64,000 bases of DNA from Carpediemonas membranifera BICM (taxonomy: Eukaryota > Protista > Fornicata). Shown here in pieces: positions 1-11,298 of the stretch (position 1 is the first letter of the stretch; each line of letters opens with the position of its first letter). A program made the position numbers and the translations under genes. The notes below the pieces were generated by a model, which was not told the DNA's origin, searched no databases, and saw nothing but the letters and a program-made list of their open reading frames with translations. Location of the stretch: NCBI GenBank assembly GCA_019828565.1, contig JAHDYR010000038.1, positions 1,252,552-1,316,551 of the forward strand, written 5' to 3'.

Positions 1-478
1 TGAGCTCGAAGGACTCGATCTGGGACTCGTCGAGGGTTCCTTTGTCCGCGATGGCCTTCCATACCTGGTTCTGAAAGTAGGTGACTGTGACGTCGTTGTA
101 ATCTTCATCCTTCATCATCAGAGCTCTACGCCGGGCGGAGAGGAGGGGGGAAAGACGCTTGAGGAGTTTCGTGTCTGTAGAAGAGGTGAGGATCGTTTGA
201 ACCTTCCGAAGGAACTTCGCCTCCTCCAGAAGAGGGCGCTTCTTCGGCAGCTCGGTCATGGCCTCAATGTATGAAAGGGAAGCCATGATGGGGTCTTGTT
301 CATCTTCTTCAAACGCCAGTTCCTCGTGGAAATCCGCTTCAGATTCGGCGCTTGCGGCGGCCATCCTCTCGAGGATCTTGGTGGATCTCTCCTGAGCTTT
401 CTGCATCTCCTGCACCGTGGTACGCAGTTCTGCCACTTCCTCGGCCGTCGCAGCCACCGGCTGCGAATCGTTCGTCAT
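1..478 (-). CDS. Gag-like ORF1 of a DIRS-like retrotransposon (copy 2), running off the window edge
   Basis: Hand translation from ATG 478 (MTNDSQPVAATAEEVAELRTTVQEMQK...ELPKKRPLLEEAKFLRKV...RALMMKDEDYNDVTVTY) is open to base 1. It aligns with the ORF at 1869-2354 (ELPQRFGPRDEARFIKEL...KLLLLKDDYDDAATDY), which precedes a DIRS-type RT. Confidence 0.6.
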   Translation of the reverse strand, partial: MTNDSQPVAATAEEVAELRTTVQEMQKAQERSTKILERMAAASAESEADFHEELAFEEDEQDPIMASLSYIEAMTELPKKRPLLEEAKFLRKVQTILTSSTDTKLLKRLSPLLSARRRALMMKDEDYNDVTVTYFQNQVWKAIADKGTLDESQIESFEL

Positions 479-979
479 CTGGCCGCATAAACTGCGCCGA
501 CCAATCTTGACCAATGACGCGGGCATCCGGCGATTGCCGGCCTCGCCCACGTCCCGTCGCCCTTGCGACAATGAGCTGGGGTACTACCCTACCCAAGGGG
601 GGTTGGACATTTATCTCTTATCTGTCCGGCGGTCTCTTCCGCCATTTCTCTTGGCCTGACTCCATTTTCAGTCGATTGCGCCATCGATTCTCCCGGATCG
701 AATCACCTCGATTCGTATCCGAAACTGCCACCAGATTCAACCTCTTAGCACGGCGACCCGGTCCCGCTGGGGTCTCGCCCGCGCCTCGGCACTCCAGGGT
801 GCCCGTGAGCTCATGTGAAACTCCACTCTTTGCGGTCGTTGGCTAGAGTATCCTAGCATCCTAACTCATATCCAAATGGGGGGGAATAATATTTACTCGG
901 ATTTCCTGTCTCTCCGCGTAAATATTCAGCGTCTTCTTTCGTTTCCCGCGTTCCTCGCGAGACGAGGCAGGTCCGTCGG

Positions 980-1866
980 CTCTGTGGGCGGATGTCGCGA
1001 AGAAGGACAGCTTGCCGACCAGCTTCGCCCAGTTCTCCGCCTTCATGCGGCGTTGAGCGAGGGCGTCGGTAATGCACGCTTGGTATTTCTCCGCCTTGTC
1101 GACTGGAAGGCGAAGGGTCTGGTCTGCCGAGTTCAGAAGCAGACCAAGGAACTCGATGCACTGGCAAGGAACCAGAATGCACTTCTCTAGAGATGGTATT
1201 AGTCCGAGGGCGTCCAGAGTTTGCATGGCCCGTGGTAGCTCTGCTTTGAGGTGGGCCTGGCTCTCGGCGGAAGGAAGAAAGTCGTCTAGGTATACGTTGA
1301 CTGTCACGTGGTGCCGCAGGGCGATTACCTTCGCTGCCTGGATCATGGTGGACTGGAAAAAGAAGGGTGCCGCCGTCCACCCGAATCCGAGGGTGCGGTA
1401 GCGAAATGCTCGCCCGTCTGGAAGTACGATCCCCAGGAGAGGCTTGTCGCTGTCCTTGATGCCGAGCTGTGAATATCCAGACCGGAGGTCTATCTTGGCC
1501 ATCCAGGCATTCTTGCTGAGCGTGTTGATGGCCCGTCTGATGCCGAAGAGTCGGAAGGAGCGACGTTCTTTCGAGACGCGGTTGAGACGCGTGAGGTTGT
1601 GTATTACACGAATGTCCTGCCCCTTGGCCACGGCGAACAGAGGGGCGCTGTGGCGAAGTTCTGAAAGTCGTGTCGGCTCGATGATACCATCTTCCTGCAT
1701 CTTGGAGAGTTTGGGTAAGATACGCGGGTCGATCGAGTTTTGTGGACGCGCCGGAGGGGGGAGGATGTGTGAGCTCGACCGGGATCCCTTCTCTGATCCA
1801 GCCCACGACTTGCTGAGAGGCCTTGAATCTTTCCCACACCCACCATCGCTTTTGAGTGGAGGGAAA
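980..1866 (-). pseudogene. DIRS-type reverse transcriptase, frameshifted and truncated
   Basis: WERF..VVGWIREGIPVEL in one frame, then APLFAVAK, IRVIHNLTRLN, KIDLRSGYSQ, LGFGWTAAPFFF, YLDD, EKC, IEFLG and KLVGKL in ORF 861..1700. Confidence 0.75.
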
Positions 1867-1868
1867 GG

Positions 1869-2354
1869 CTAGGACCTCGAGCGGCGGCCGTTGTGGCCGC
1901 CCTCCGGTTGAAAATTACGCCTCTTGCGCTTACCTTTCATCTTGGCGCGGGCTATGATGGCGTCGATGTCTAGCTCTGACTCAATGACGGATGCCTTGAG
2001 GGCAGCAGCTGCATAGTCGGTTGCCGCGTCATCGTAATCGTCCTTGAGGAGCAGTAGCTTATAGCGGCCGAGGAGTCGGAGGCGAAGTGTGTTGGCATCG
2101 AGCATGTCGGTGGCGATGTCCCTTAGAAGCTCTTTGATGAATCTGGCTTCATCGCGGGGACCAAAGCGTTGCGGAAGTTCTAAATCGGCGAGCGTGTTGT
2201 GGAATGAGCGGTTTCTTGCATTGACTGGCTCGTCGTAATCGGGCCCCTGCGCGATGTTCGCTTCAACCGAAGCTAAACGGCCAGAAAGCTCGCCTAGAAC
2301 CCTTAGTATCTCCTCTTGTTGCGGATTGGGCGTGCCCGTGTCTTCTTCGGGCAT
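1869..2354 (-). CDS. Gag-like ORF1 of DIRS-like element copy 1
   Basis: ATG 2354 (MPEEDTG), N-terminal coiled coil and basic C-terminus; lies directly upstream of the RT and is homologous to the ORF at 1-478. Confidence 0.6.
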   Translation of the reverse strand: MPEEDTGTPNPQQEEILRVLGELSGRLASVEANIAQGPDYDEPVNARNRSFHNTLADLELPQRFGPRDEARFIKELLRDIATDMLDANTLRLRLLGRYKLLLLKDDYDDAATDYAAAALKASVIESELDIDAIIARAKMKGKRKRRNFQPEGGHNGRRSRS

Positions 2355-2725
2355 CTTTCGAATTCTGCCATATCCTGCACATCTGGTCGAATCAATCCAA
2401 CGATCAATAGTCTCCGGCCCGCGCTCCCCGCGGGACCCTCCGACCCTCAGCACCCCGGGTGCCCTGGTCGAGTGCTGCTCACTCCGACTCGGTCGTCGAT
2501 GGCGCTCTCGCGGCTTACTGCGTTAAACGGCGTAAAGGAACACGGTTTGCGTTCACTTTGAGCAGCAGCGCGCATCTGAGCACCAAGGCTCGATTTTGCG
2601 CAATTTCACGCATCCACTCGCACAAAACGTACCAAAACTCCTTGAAAGGAGCTACTTCTCCGCAAAAGACAACGAAAGTAACCAAGGTGAGATCAAAGCA
2701 GCGAAATGTTGTGGTATTCCCGTTC

Positions 2726-3085
2726 TTACTCACTCACAATGTCCTGCCCAGCAGCAGCCGCGCGTTCGCGAGCAGCTTGGGCTTGTGCCAGCCAATCCAC
2801 GATGGCTCTGCACTGCCACTTCCAATTGGCAACGAAAACCCGGTCCACGAGACGATCCTTGGCCGCGTTGTCCAGCAGCTTCATCTCGACCAGCCTCTCT
2901 GGCCAGGGCACACCGCCAGCCTTCCAGGGCGCGCAACGGCCGCTCGAACTGACAACAGCAGGCACCATATCAACGTTGAAGTGCTGATACTGCTTCACCT
3001 TATCAGCCCGCGCGTCGGAGACGTAGTCCGAGCAGACGATGTCAATGACGGGTTTCACACCGCCCTCGTCGGGCCTGACACATGA
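2726..3085 (-). pseudogene. C-terminal restriction-like endonuclease (RLE) domain of a CRE/R2-type non-LTR element
   Basis: VRPD...VIDIV...ADKVKQY...VPAVVSSSGR fits the RPD/D/KxxxY/PxxxxxxG RLE pattern. Same strand as the CRE-like RT at 28-29.4 kb. Confidence 0.6.
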
Positions 3086-3130
3086 GTATCTCCAGAGTAT
3101 CTCCCGGGAGACTCTAGCCATTCTTACAGT

Positions 3131-4795
3131 ATGATTCCAGCTATCTCCACCACCAACTGGTCAAGGTTTGTCGACTGGCTGGACGCCACCAAGCCTGATG
3201 CCCATCCCCAGCCCTCTCCTACCCCTCCCTCGTCATTTACCTCCCCCTGGTCCTGGGAGGCCGCCATCTCTCAAGCCGCGGGGCAGAGGCCCCCCATTGG
3301 TCCGAAGATAGCACTCAACGGCAGACCAGGGCCAATTTTTGCCATGTTTGGTCTTGACCTCACACCTCTGCTAGACCTATCGTCCTTCATATGCTCTATG
3401 GAGCTTCACCAAGCCTAGCATCATCCTCTCTGTCAAAACAGTACCTTGAATGGGGTGGTGGTTTAACCCCTCCTATCAGAAAACCTGCACCCTCTCCGAC
3501 TGCAGACGACAGCATTCTCCCTTGCCTCAAGACTCCTGGAAGGAAAAGAAAGGCCCCATCAACCCCTTTAGTGCCAGTATACAACATATCTGACCTCTCG
3601 CCAGAAGAGGAAGAGCCCCCTAGCCTCCATGTAGTGATTGAGGAGGCAATCAAGTTCCTACGATCTCCCAAAGCGCACTACTTCCCCCCTAACAAGCCCC
3701 AATCTTCTAACCCACTGACCGGGCCCGGCCCTTTCATGCATGTACCGGTACACATGGATAGAGATTGCGGTCTGCACTCCCTGGCAATATGCACAGGTCG
3801 CTCCGTCACCATCTCACGCTCTCAAGCCCTGCAGGATATTCTATCAGCACTCTCCTCCGGACTTCAGCCCTCTCCCAGGCTGAGAGCCACAATACACAAA
3901 CTGCGAATCTCACCAGTCGAAGGGGAAGCTGCCTATCTCTCATACGATAATCTGGCTATACTGGCGGCAGTATACGGCCTCAATTTAATCATCATATCAG
4001 ACGTCTCAGCCCATGAGAAATGCTTTCTTTTTGAGCGCCTCTTCGGTCAATGGGGTAAAAACTTCATTCGATGCCTTAAGGGCGTTCTTCGTCAGTGGTT
4101 ATGCCATCATCCACCACAAAAGAGTGCACTACGAGCCCCTTCTTGCCAACGATCTGGTTTCCGCAGCCACCAGTCTCAATGGCGCCACCTTCGGGCCAAC
4201 AGGCACCAACTATATCATCATTCTCGACTTCGAAGCGGCTGGATACGCGGTAGACCATCACCACCATGGTGCTGCCAGGTGTTTCCCAGTGGAGGCTGGA
4301 GCAACCCTTCTCCGCAAAGGTGTGGAGCCAGGCACAGACATCCCTATGTGGGACATCGAAGGCATTCATTGGGGACCCATAGACGTGGATTTCCCGGCAA
4401 ATCTCATGAGATCCGCCCTTGTACAGTCATGCACAATTCATGGATGCCCCCCCTTCTCGTTCAAGATACATCCGGAGGCCAATGGACACCCTTACCACTT
4501 CCCCTCACCTCGAGCCTGGCTTCAGCAGCTTGCTAACATTATGAGACAGCTGCCTACTTGTGTCCTTGTAGCTAAGGATCCGCGCATGGAGAATGCAGTC
4601 ATCCACTCCCATGCTGCGCCGGAGGACCTATCAACCCTGGGCAGGGTGCATGACCTGGCGGAGCTTGAGTCGATCGACCGCCGACTGTTCGCTGGCATGG
4701 CATCCTACATCGAGACATCCTCGTTCTCATCCAGAATGGACACTGCGCAGGCCCTTACCTGGATCAAAGCACCATGCCTTCCCAACGGGCAGTAA
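3131..4795 (+). pseudogene. Element A N-terminal region: OTU-like cysteine protease plus Maelstrom-like DEDD exonuclease (frameshifted)
   Basis: Protease motifs PVHMDRDCGLHSL...YLSYDNLAILAAVYGLNLIII...IIHHKRVHYEPL, then exonuclease motifs IILDFEAAG...FPVEAG...IHGCPP...VAKDPRME. Spread over ORFs 3131, 3391 and 4013. Confidence 0.6.
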
Positions 4796-7700
4796 GTCAT
4801 ACGAAGCGATGACAAGAAGCAACTTTGTGATCACCACTCGACATCAGGGAGACTGGGCATGGTTCAACCCTCTCGAGGCCCTTCGAGACATTGCAGCAGA
4901 AAGGCTAGCCTGTCACAGCCCTGCTACACTTGAGGAATCCTTTATCACCCCGGTCCAAGTCCAGGAGGGAGACATCTCCTTTGCAAACCTGCTCACCGCT
5001 CTAGAGGTCTTTTGGCAGGCCCCGCCTGCGTCCCAGCTCCCACAATCAGTGGCAGAGCTGATGACTATGAGAGCACCCCCGGCTTACAACACGGGCAATA
5101 ACATTGTCCGCTCGTACAGAGCCCCCCGCTTCTGGTTCTTAGTCCCCAGGGAGGGCAACCATCCACGACTCAGACGTGTCAGACCCTCGGTCTCTCGCTC
5201 GGCCAAGCCCGACTTCTTAGCCAATGTTGAGCGCGCGAGAGAGCAAAGAGTTGCTCTGTCCCATGACCTCACAAAAACGATGGACACGCTACATGCTTCA
5301 CGTGCCAATGACGTGCAGTGGCCATCAATTTCTGTCCGCGGAGCGGCCCCTGCGGGTCCTGCTCCCCCCAGGCGCATCACTCCCACTACTGTCCGACAAC
5401 GAGATGGACGCAGGCACAGGCCGGTAAATGGCCTTCTCTGTTCCTGGAATGTCACTTCACTCAACACGCGAAAGCTCGCCTTATGTCACTCCATTCAAGC
5501 GGACATCATAGTTATCCAGGAGCACTGGTGGCGCGCCATCACTCCAGAGAGTGCAACAGCTTCTGATTTCACCTTTGTTTTCCATAAAGTTCCAACTGGA
5601 GAAGTGAAACACCTAGGGGTAGGCTTCCTCTTGCACAACGACATAGCCAAGCACTGTGAGTATGTTCGAGGTCAGCCTCACTCGCCCCGCCTCCTGCAAA
5701 TTGATGTCGGATGTACACTCAACAGTCCCTCGCGCAAAGTCAAGCTGCGGCTCATGTCTATCTACACCCCGTGTGCAGGGAAAGAAGAAAGGGAGTCCTT
5801 CCATGAGCTTCTTCGCAATGCCATTAGCCTAGCACAACAGGCTGGCTTGCACACTGTTCTCATGGGAGACTTAAATACCAATGCAGATACCCCTCCACAA
5901 TCTGGACAGCTACTCTCAGCCTGGGCAACCTGATGCTACTCCATACGGACAATCCCAGCTTCAGTGACAGGTATCTAGACGCTTTCGCGGTGCCCTCATC
6001 CCTCATCGTCGGCTCCATGGATAGACCGTTTGCTACTGAGATAGAGCCATCAGGACACCGAACCATTACTCCTAAGCTCCCAATAGTCAACTTCTTCAAA
6101 CTTGCAGAGCCTCCACTATCTCTGCTCAGAGCCATTCCGAGCATTCAAGCGATGGCAAAACGCTGCGGGAGTCGCCTCGTAGACGACATCCGCTCCGCCA
6201 CTACGGTAGACGAGGCGGTCGGCCTGCTAGGAAAGACTCTCCGGCAGTGGAGCAAAAAGAAGGTCAGCACTCCCACTCAGGTCAATCAGAGCCAAAGCAT
6301 CACGCACCACTCAGTGACTACTGGCCTTGATGATGGTACCACCCCGGACGAGCTGTTCCGACTAATACGCATGGAACAGAACAGTGCAGAGTCCACCTGT
6401 TCTCATCCAAAGAAGATGGCAGGTCCCTTTGCCCCACAGTGTGCCATCTCCTCTGCAACTCTCTTGCAAGAGCTGTCACTATCGATTGCAAACGCCGAAT
6501 CCTCTCTCAAAGCGCACTCACTCAACTCAAGAGATTCCTCTGAACACATGAGGGTCTTCTCAGATGATTTCTTCAGGTATGTCAGGGGCAGGCTCAGGAA
6601 AGGAGCGGCTCGTCAGGGTAACTCCCAGGCAGACTTCATCTCACTGTTTAACAATGGAGTCCCAGCGGTCATCACAGTAGATGGACGCAATATCACTGAT
6701 CCTCAAGCAGTTGCTGCGGCCTTTGAACGCCAATACTCAAGCGTATCCTCATCACCAAATGCTCCTGACCCCAGGCACGCCGCCTCAGATCTACCACCTT
6801 TCGAGATCTCCCCCCCCCCGGCCCTACATGCAGCATTGCGAAGGTCAAAGAACTCTGCGGCGGCAGGAGCGGATGGCCTGTCCCCGGGCATTTTCAAAGC
6901 GCACCCATCACTCACTGAAGCGCTCCGCAACATCCTACAAAGATGTGTCGATGAGGTTGCCACCCCACACCAGTGGCACCAGGCAACAGTGGTCCCTATT
7001 AAGAAGCAAGGAACGGAGGACAAACCCCCAGCTTCGTATCGTCCGATATCACTTCTCTCGTCATGTCACAAGATCTTAGGGTCAATCATTGTCGCAGAAT
7101 TATCCCCAGTCAACCCACTTCCTCCAGAACAGTATGGGGCGCGCCCGGGCCGGTCAGCAGAGGATGCGCTGTGGGCAATTCATGGCGCCAGACTTGCCTT
7201 CTCAGCTACCTTTATAGCCACTCTGGAGATAGCGAAGGCTTTTGACAGAGTGCCCCGAAGGCGAGCACACGACAGGCTCAAGGGCCATCCTCGCCTCATT
7301 GAACTCCTCCGAGAGATGCACTCAAACACATCTCTTTCTCTCAAGGGCTCATCATCAGCAGCTACAACGAACTTAGGAGTCAGGCAAGGCTGCACCACCG
7401 CCCCTTTCCTCTTTGTTCAATACCTTTCAGATGTGCCACGACTGATCAGGCATCTCAGCACCCTCGACCGTGGCACACTTGACTCACTTGATCCGGACAT
7501 GGACAAGCTGGAACAACTGGCGTCGAGTCTACCAGCGGACCATGTGCCGGTGTCAGTCCTTTACATGGATGACCTCACGCTCGTAGCCCCCTCCCTGGAC
7601 CTTCTCATCCGAGCCCTCACAGCTGCATGGCTCATCATGGAAGCTCTTGAGCTCCAGCCCAACCACAAGACATGCTTTATTGCGGACTCCTCAGTCCAGT

Positions 7701-8056
7701 CAATCATAGTGAGAGGACACAGAGTCGAACAAAAGGACACTATCAAGCTCCTTGGCATCTGGTTTGACACATCCACATCATTCAACACGCACAACGATAG
7801 GACTTATGAGAAGATCCAAAAAGAAATTGCATGGCTCAAGTCCATCGGCATATGCCACTCCCGCTTTGTGCATCACATTGTGGAGGTTTATGTGGTGCCG
7901 AAACTGACATACGCCTGGTCAGTGTGGGCTGGCCGCAAAGCCAGACGTGCATGAGTCAGCTGGCTTCTCTTGCCCTGCGCGTCAACAACACGGCCTCGCA
8001 AGCCAAATACTTTGAGCTTGGATGGCTTCATCCCTCGGTCATGCTGCTGGCTGACA
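4796..8056 (+). pseudogene. Element A APE endonuclease and reverse transcriptase (degenerate)
   Basis: APE motifs SWNV, IQEHW, GVGFLL, MGDLN, SGH (normally SDH). RT motifs AAGADG, YRPISLLS, QYGARPG, LEIAKAFD (normally LDI), GVRQG, YMDD, KLLG. Frameshifts near 5930 and 7950. Confidence 0.85.
8042..8056 (+). repeat. 15-bp TSD of element C (TGCTGCTGGCTGACA), left copy; partner at 18435-18449
   Basis: Exact direct repeat flanking C. Confidence 0.9.
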
Positions 8057-10719
8057 GAAAGAAAGAAAGAAAATTTATGGTGCCTGGTATCGGGCCCCGG
8101 TTACTTAGGCTGATCTCCCTTATTACTGGAGCCGAGTTCCCCGGGGCGCTGCCTCCTCCCTGCGATTGAACTTGTCAGCTGCGTCCAACGAGCGATTCGG
8201 TGCTACTGCTTCCGCTCACTCCCGATTTCACTTCCCCCCATAGGCCTTCGCCATCTCCGTGCGCTGAGCGCTTTCCTGTCTCCCTGTAAACCCGGCAGCT
8301 TCCAGGGAGCCTGGGGTCTGTCCTCGGTGCTTCCACAGGCAGGTTTGTCCTGCAAGACCTTCTCTATAGCACTCCCTGATTCCCTGCAGTCCCTACGGGG
8401 TCGTTCAAGCATGGCACCCTCTCATCTTTCCAGATTCCCTGTTCAGTGCCCACACGACCCTGTTAAGTGGCCTACCCGTGGGCGGGGAAAGCAACTAAGT
8501 CCCTCTCATCTACCCCTGTTAGGCGGCGTGGGCTAGGGCTGACACAGACTCTAGATCTGCAAGGCCTAGTACCCCTTATGATAGTTCTCTTGTGCTACAC
8601 TTCCCAGCGTCCCTATATCGTTCACAAGGGCGGCGGGGACGTCATGTCCCCCCGTATCCCATGCTCAGTCCCTGCAGTTTCCTTAGGTTCACCGCGAGTG
8701 GTGCAACCATCCAATTGATGGATTTCCTCTGTCCCTGGCCCTGCCCTCTCCCTGGGAAACATGGGGGGTCTCCCCTTGATCCCAGAGTCTATGCTTCCCT
8801 GCCCCCTTTCTGGATGTGGTGTTCCTTATCTATCCATCTATTCTATAGCTATCATAGACCTTTGCCAGGCTCTGGGCCTTCTCCCCTTTCCGCTGATGAT
8901 GGAGACGGGCTGACATTCGCTGCCACCGACACTATCCTTTTCCACTCTGCCCTTGACTGCCACTTCCCTGTCTTCCTACTTATGGCCGGTTTCCCCGCCA
9001 TGCACTTTCCCATACGTTTGGGTCCTAGGACTTCCATGAGCCCCACCGCTGTCTTGCTCTTGCACCTCCTGGTCCAGTTCATTCTTACCATCTCCCTACC
9101 AAAGTCTATCTTCCCTGCATTCGTTGCTCCCTCTCTTGTTCCTCTGAGGAGTGCGTTCACTGAGTCCCTGGCTTTCCACATAATCGATCCCTCCTTCCAG
9201 ACCCTGTCTCTGATTGGTATATCCTGGCCCCTGCTTGTCACGATCCTCTTGACTGCTAGCATCTCCAGGTGGGCTTGCAGGTCCATCCATCCGTTCAAGA
9301 TGCGCATGACCGAGCCCCCACCTGGGCCTTTTCCGGCCATGATGCCCTGCCAATCCGTCCATATCTTGTTCCCCCCTGCTGCGTAGCCCCACACCTCCAC
9401 TCCAAACATTATCCTCGGCCATATGTAAACTTCGAGGAGGAGCCTGCTGGCTAGCGCCGGCATGTTGCCTCTGGTCCATCCCACTCTTCTCACTAGCTTC
9501 TTGTACCTTTCGCTCTGCTCCCGCTTCTTTCTGATACAGGCTGCCAGTGGGTCTTTTCCGCTGGCTATCCAGAGACCTAGGTACTTAGCTTCCTCTTTTG
9601 CCATTAGGGTAACTCCCCCCACTCTCGCCACTGCTGCCCTGTCTACACTGATCATCTCACTCTTTTGTGCATTTGCCCTCATGAGGTGCTCCTTGATAAC
9701 TTCTATGACTAGGTTCGCCACTATCTTGCTCTTTTCCGGTGTCTCCCCTGTGACCGCTGTATCGTCCACGAACATGGTTAGGGTGGCCGGCAGCGTGTCC
9801 CGGACTCTTGGTAACTCCGTTGGTGGTTCCCTGATATCGTACTCTTGTCCCTGATGCTTCTTCCTGACCAGGTGAGGCCAGTTTGCCATGAACAAAACGA
9901 ACAGGGTCGGCGCTAGGACAAATCCTTGCTTCACTCCCCTGTTTGTTCTCTCCCATGACCCTGCCCCCTTCCTGCAGCTTATCCATGAGGATGTCCCTCG
10001 GGACGGTGTCATAGGCTTTCTCTATGTCTAGGAAGATCGACGTGGTCTCCCCCCCTTCCTGGTGTCTCTGCACGATGTATTGTATCTGTTGTATTACGTC
10101 CTTATCCGATTGGAACCCTGCTTGCTCTCTTGGGATGAGGTGCCATGTGGCTGCTTCTAATCTTCTCTTCAGGAGCCTACCATACACCCTATACAGTAGT
10201 GGTGTTAGCGAGATGGGTCTGTACGACTCCGGCTTCACTCTGGGCTTCCCATTCTTGTGGATGGCCGAGACTGTAGCATACTTCCATGTTGTCGGGATCT
10301 TGCCCTCCCTGTATACCCTGTTCATGAGCCTAGTTATCTGAGCGATCCCCTGGTCATCTGTGTCCCTGAGCATGTCCCCTGTAGTGTGGTCCGGTCCCGG
10401 TGCAGTGTCCCTCTTTATCCTTCTGATCGCTTCTCGTATTTCTCTCTCCTTAAATTCGTCCTCCCTCTTTCCATTGCCTCTATCCTTCCACTCCGGTTTC
10501 CTGCCCCTGCTCACTCCTGCATACTGTTGTAGGAGGATCTTACCTATTTCTTCCTTGTTGGTGGTAATCTCCCCGTCCTTCAGTATGCTCTCTGGCATGC
10601 CCTTGAACTGGTTTTCACACCACCATCTTCTTACCGCTGCTTCCACCATGGACCTGGATGCTTTGTATCCTTCCTTCGCGCTCCGGCTGAGGTCCTGGAT
10701 CCACTCTTCCCTGCGTTTT

Positions 10720-10736
10720 CCCCAGAAGGCCTGTAG
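10720..10736 (+). repeat. 16-17-bp TSD of element D (CCCCAGAAGGCCTGTAG); partner at 17911-17927
   Basis: Exact direct repeat. Removing the insert restores the C frame ...KRELQAFWGKRREEW. Confidence 0.9.
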
Positions 10737-10812
10737 AAAGAAAGAAAGAAATTTAACGTATCCTGTACACCTGTGTAGATCAGGGAATTACCAGTTTGCA
10801 CCACCCCATGTC

Positions 10813-10825
10813 CCCGGGAACGCCT
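10813..10825 (+). repeat. 13-bp TSD of element B1 (CCCGGGAACGCCT); partner at 16550-16562
   Basis: Exact direct repeat. Confidence 0.85.
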
Positions 10826-11298
10826 CAGTTCACCAATGATTTCAGCAAAGTGGAAACACTTCGATCATGGATGGACAAGGACCAACAGGCCTGGCCTATA
10901 TGGATAGGGCAGTGCCCCATGGAGCTCAGAAGGAGCGGCCTTGGCCTCCTGTCTGAACATTCAAGGGTTGCTATCAGGGCATACCGCTGGGCGCGAGTGG
11001 GAGCTCCACGCCCATACCAAGGAATCAAAGTGTCTTCATGGAACGTATGTTTACAAGGAAAAGGAAAACAACCGTCGAGGGCCAGTGCTAGCACCGGCGG
11101 CTACATGGTTTTGTCAAGACCACAAGGAAGGAAGGGCAGCACAAAAGGGAAACAGGGGCCGTCGATAGAGGCTAAAAGGAGACTACGAACAAAGCAACAA
11201 CAACTACACAGAAAGGCCCCGCTACTCAGAAAAGGGCGACGCATTTTTAGGACCGCGCCTTTTTGAAAGAATGGCCTATATAGTACGGAGCATGGACA

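Larger units (their letters stand above)
980..2520 (-). mobile_element. 3'-truncated DIRS-like (tyrosine-recombinase class) retrotransposon (copy 1)
   Basis: Gag-like ORF followed by a DIRS-type RT in another frame. RT similarity ends after KLVGKLSFF (~990); no RNase H or YR domain is seen. Boundaries are approximate. Confidence 0.65.

Noticed and set aside
3084-3123. GAGTATCTCC duplication and AGCCATTC match (28048) as the TSD of A
   Set aside because: Too short, and not positioned at A's 3' tail.
10796-11266. 156-aa uORF in the B 5' UTR, or an HDV-like ribozyme there
   Set aside because: The ORF begins in flanking DNA and differs between copies. Hairpins exist, but I could not build the HDV double pseudoknot.
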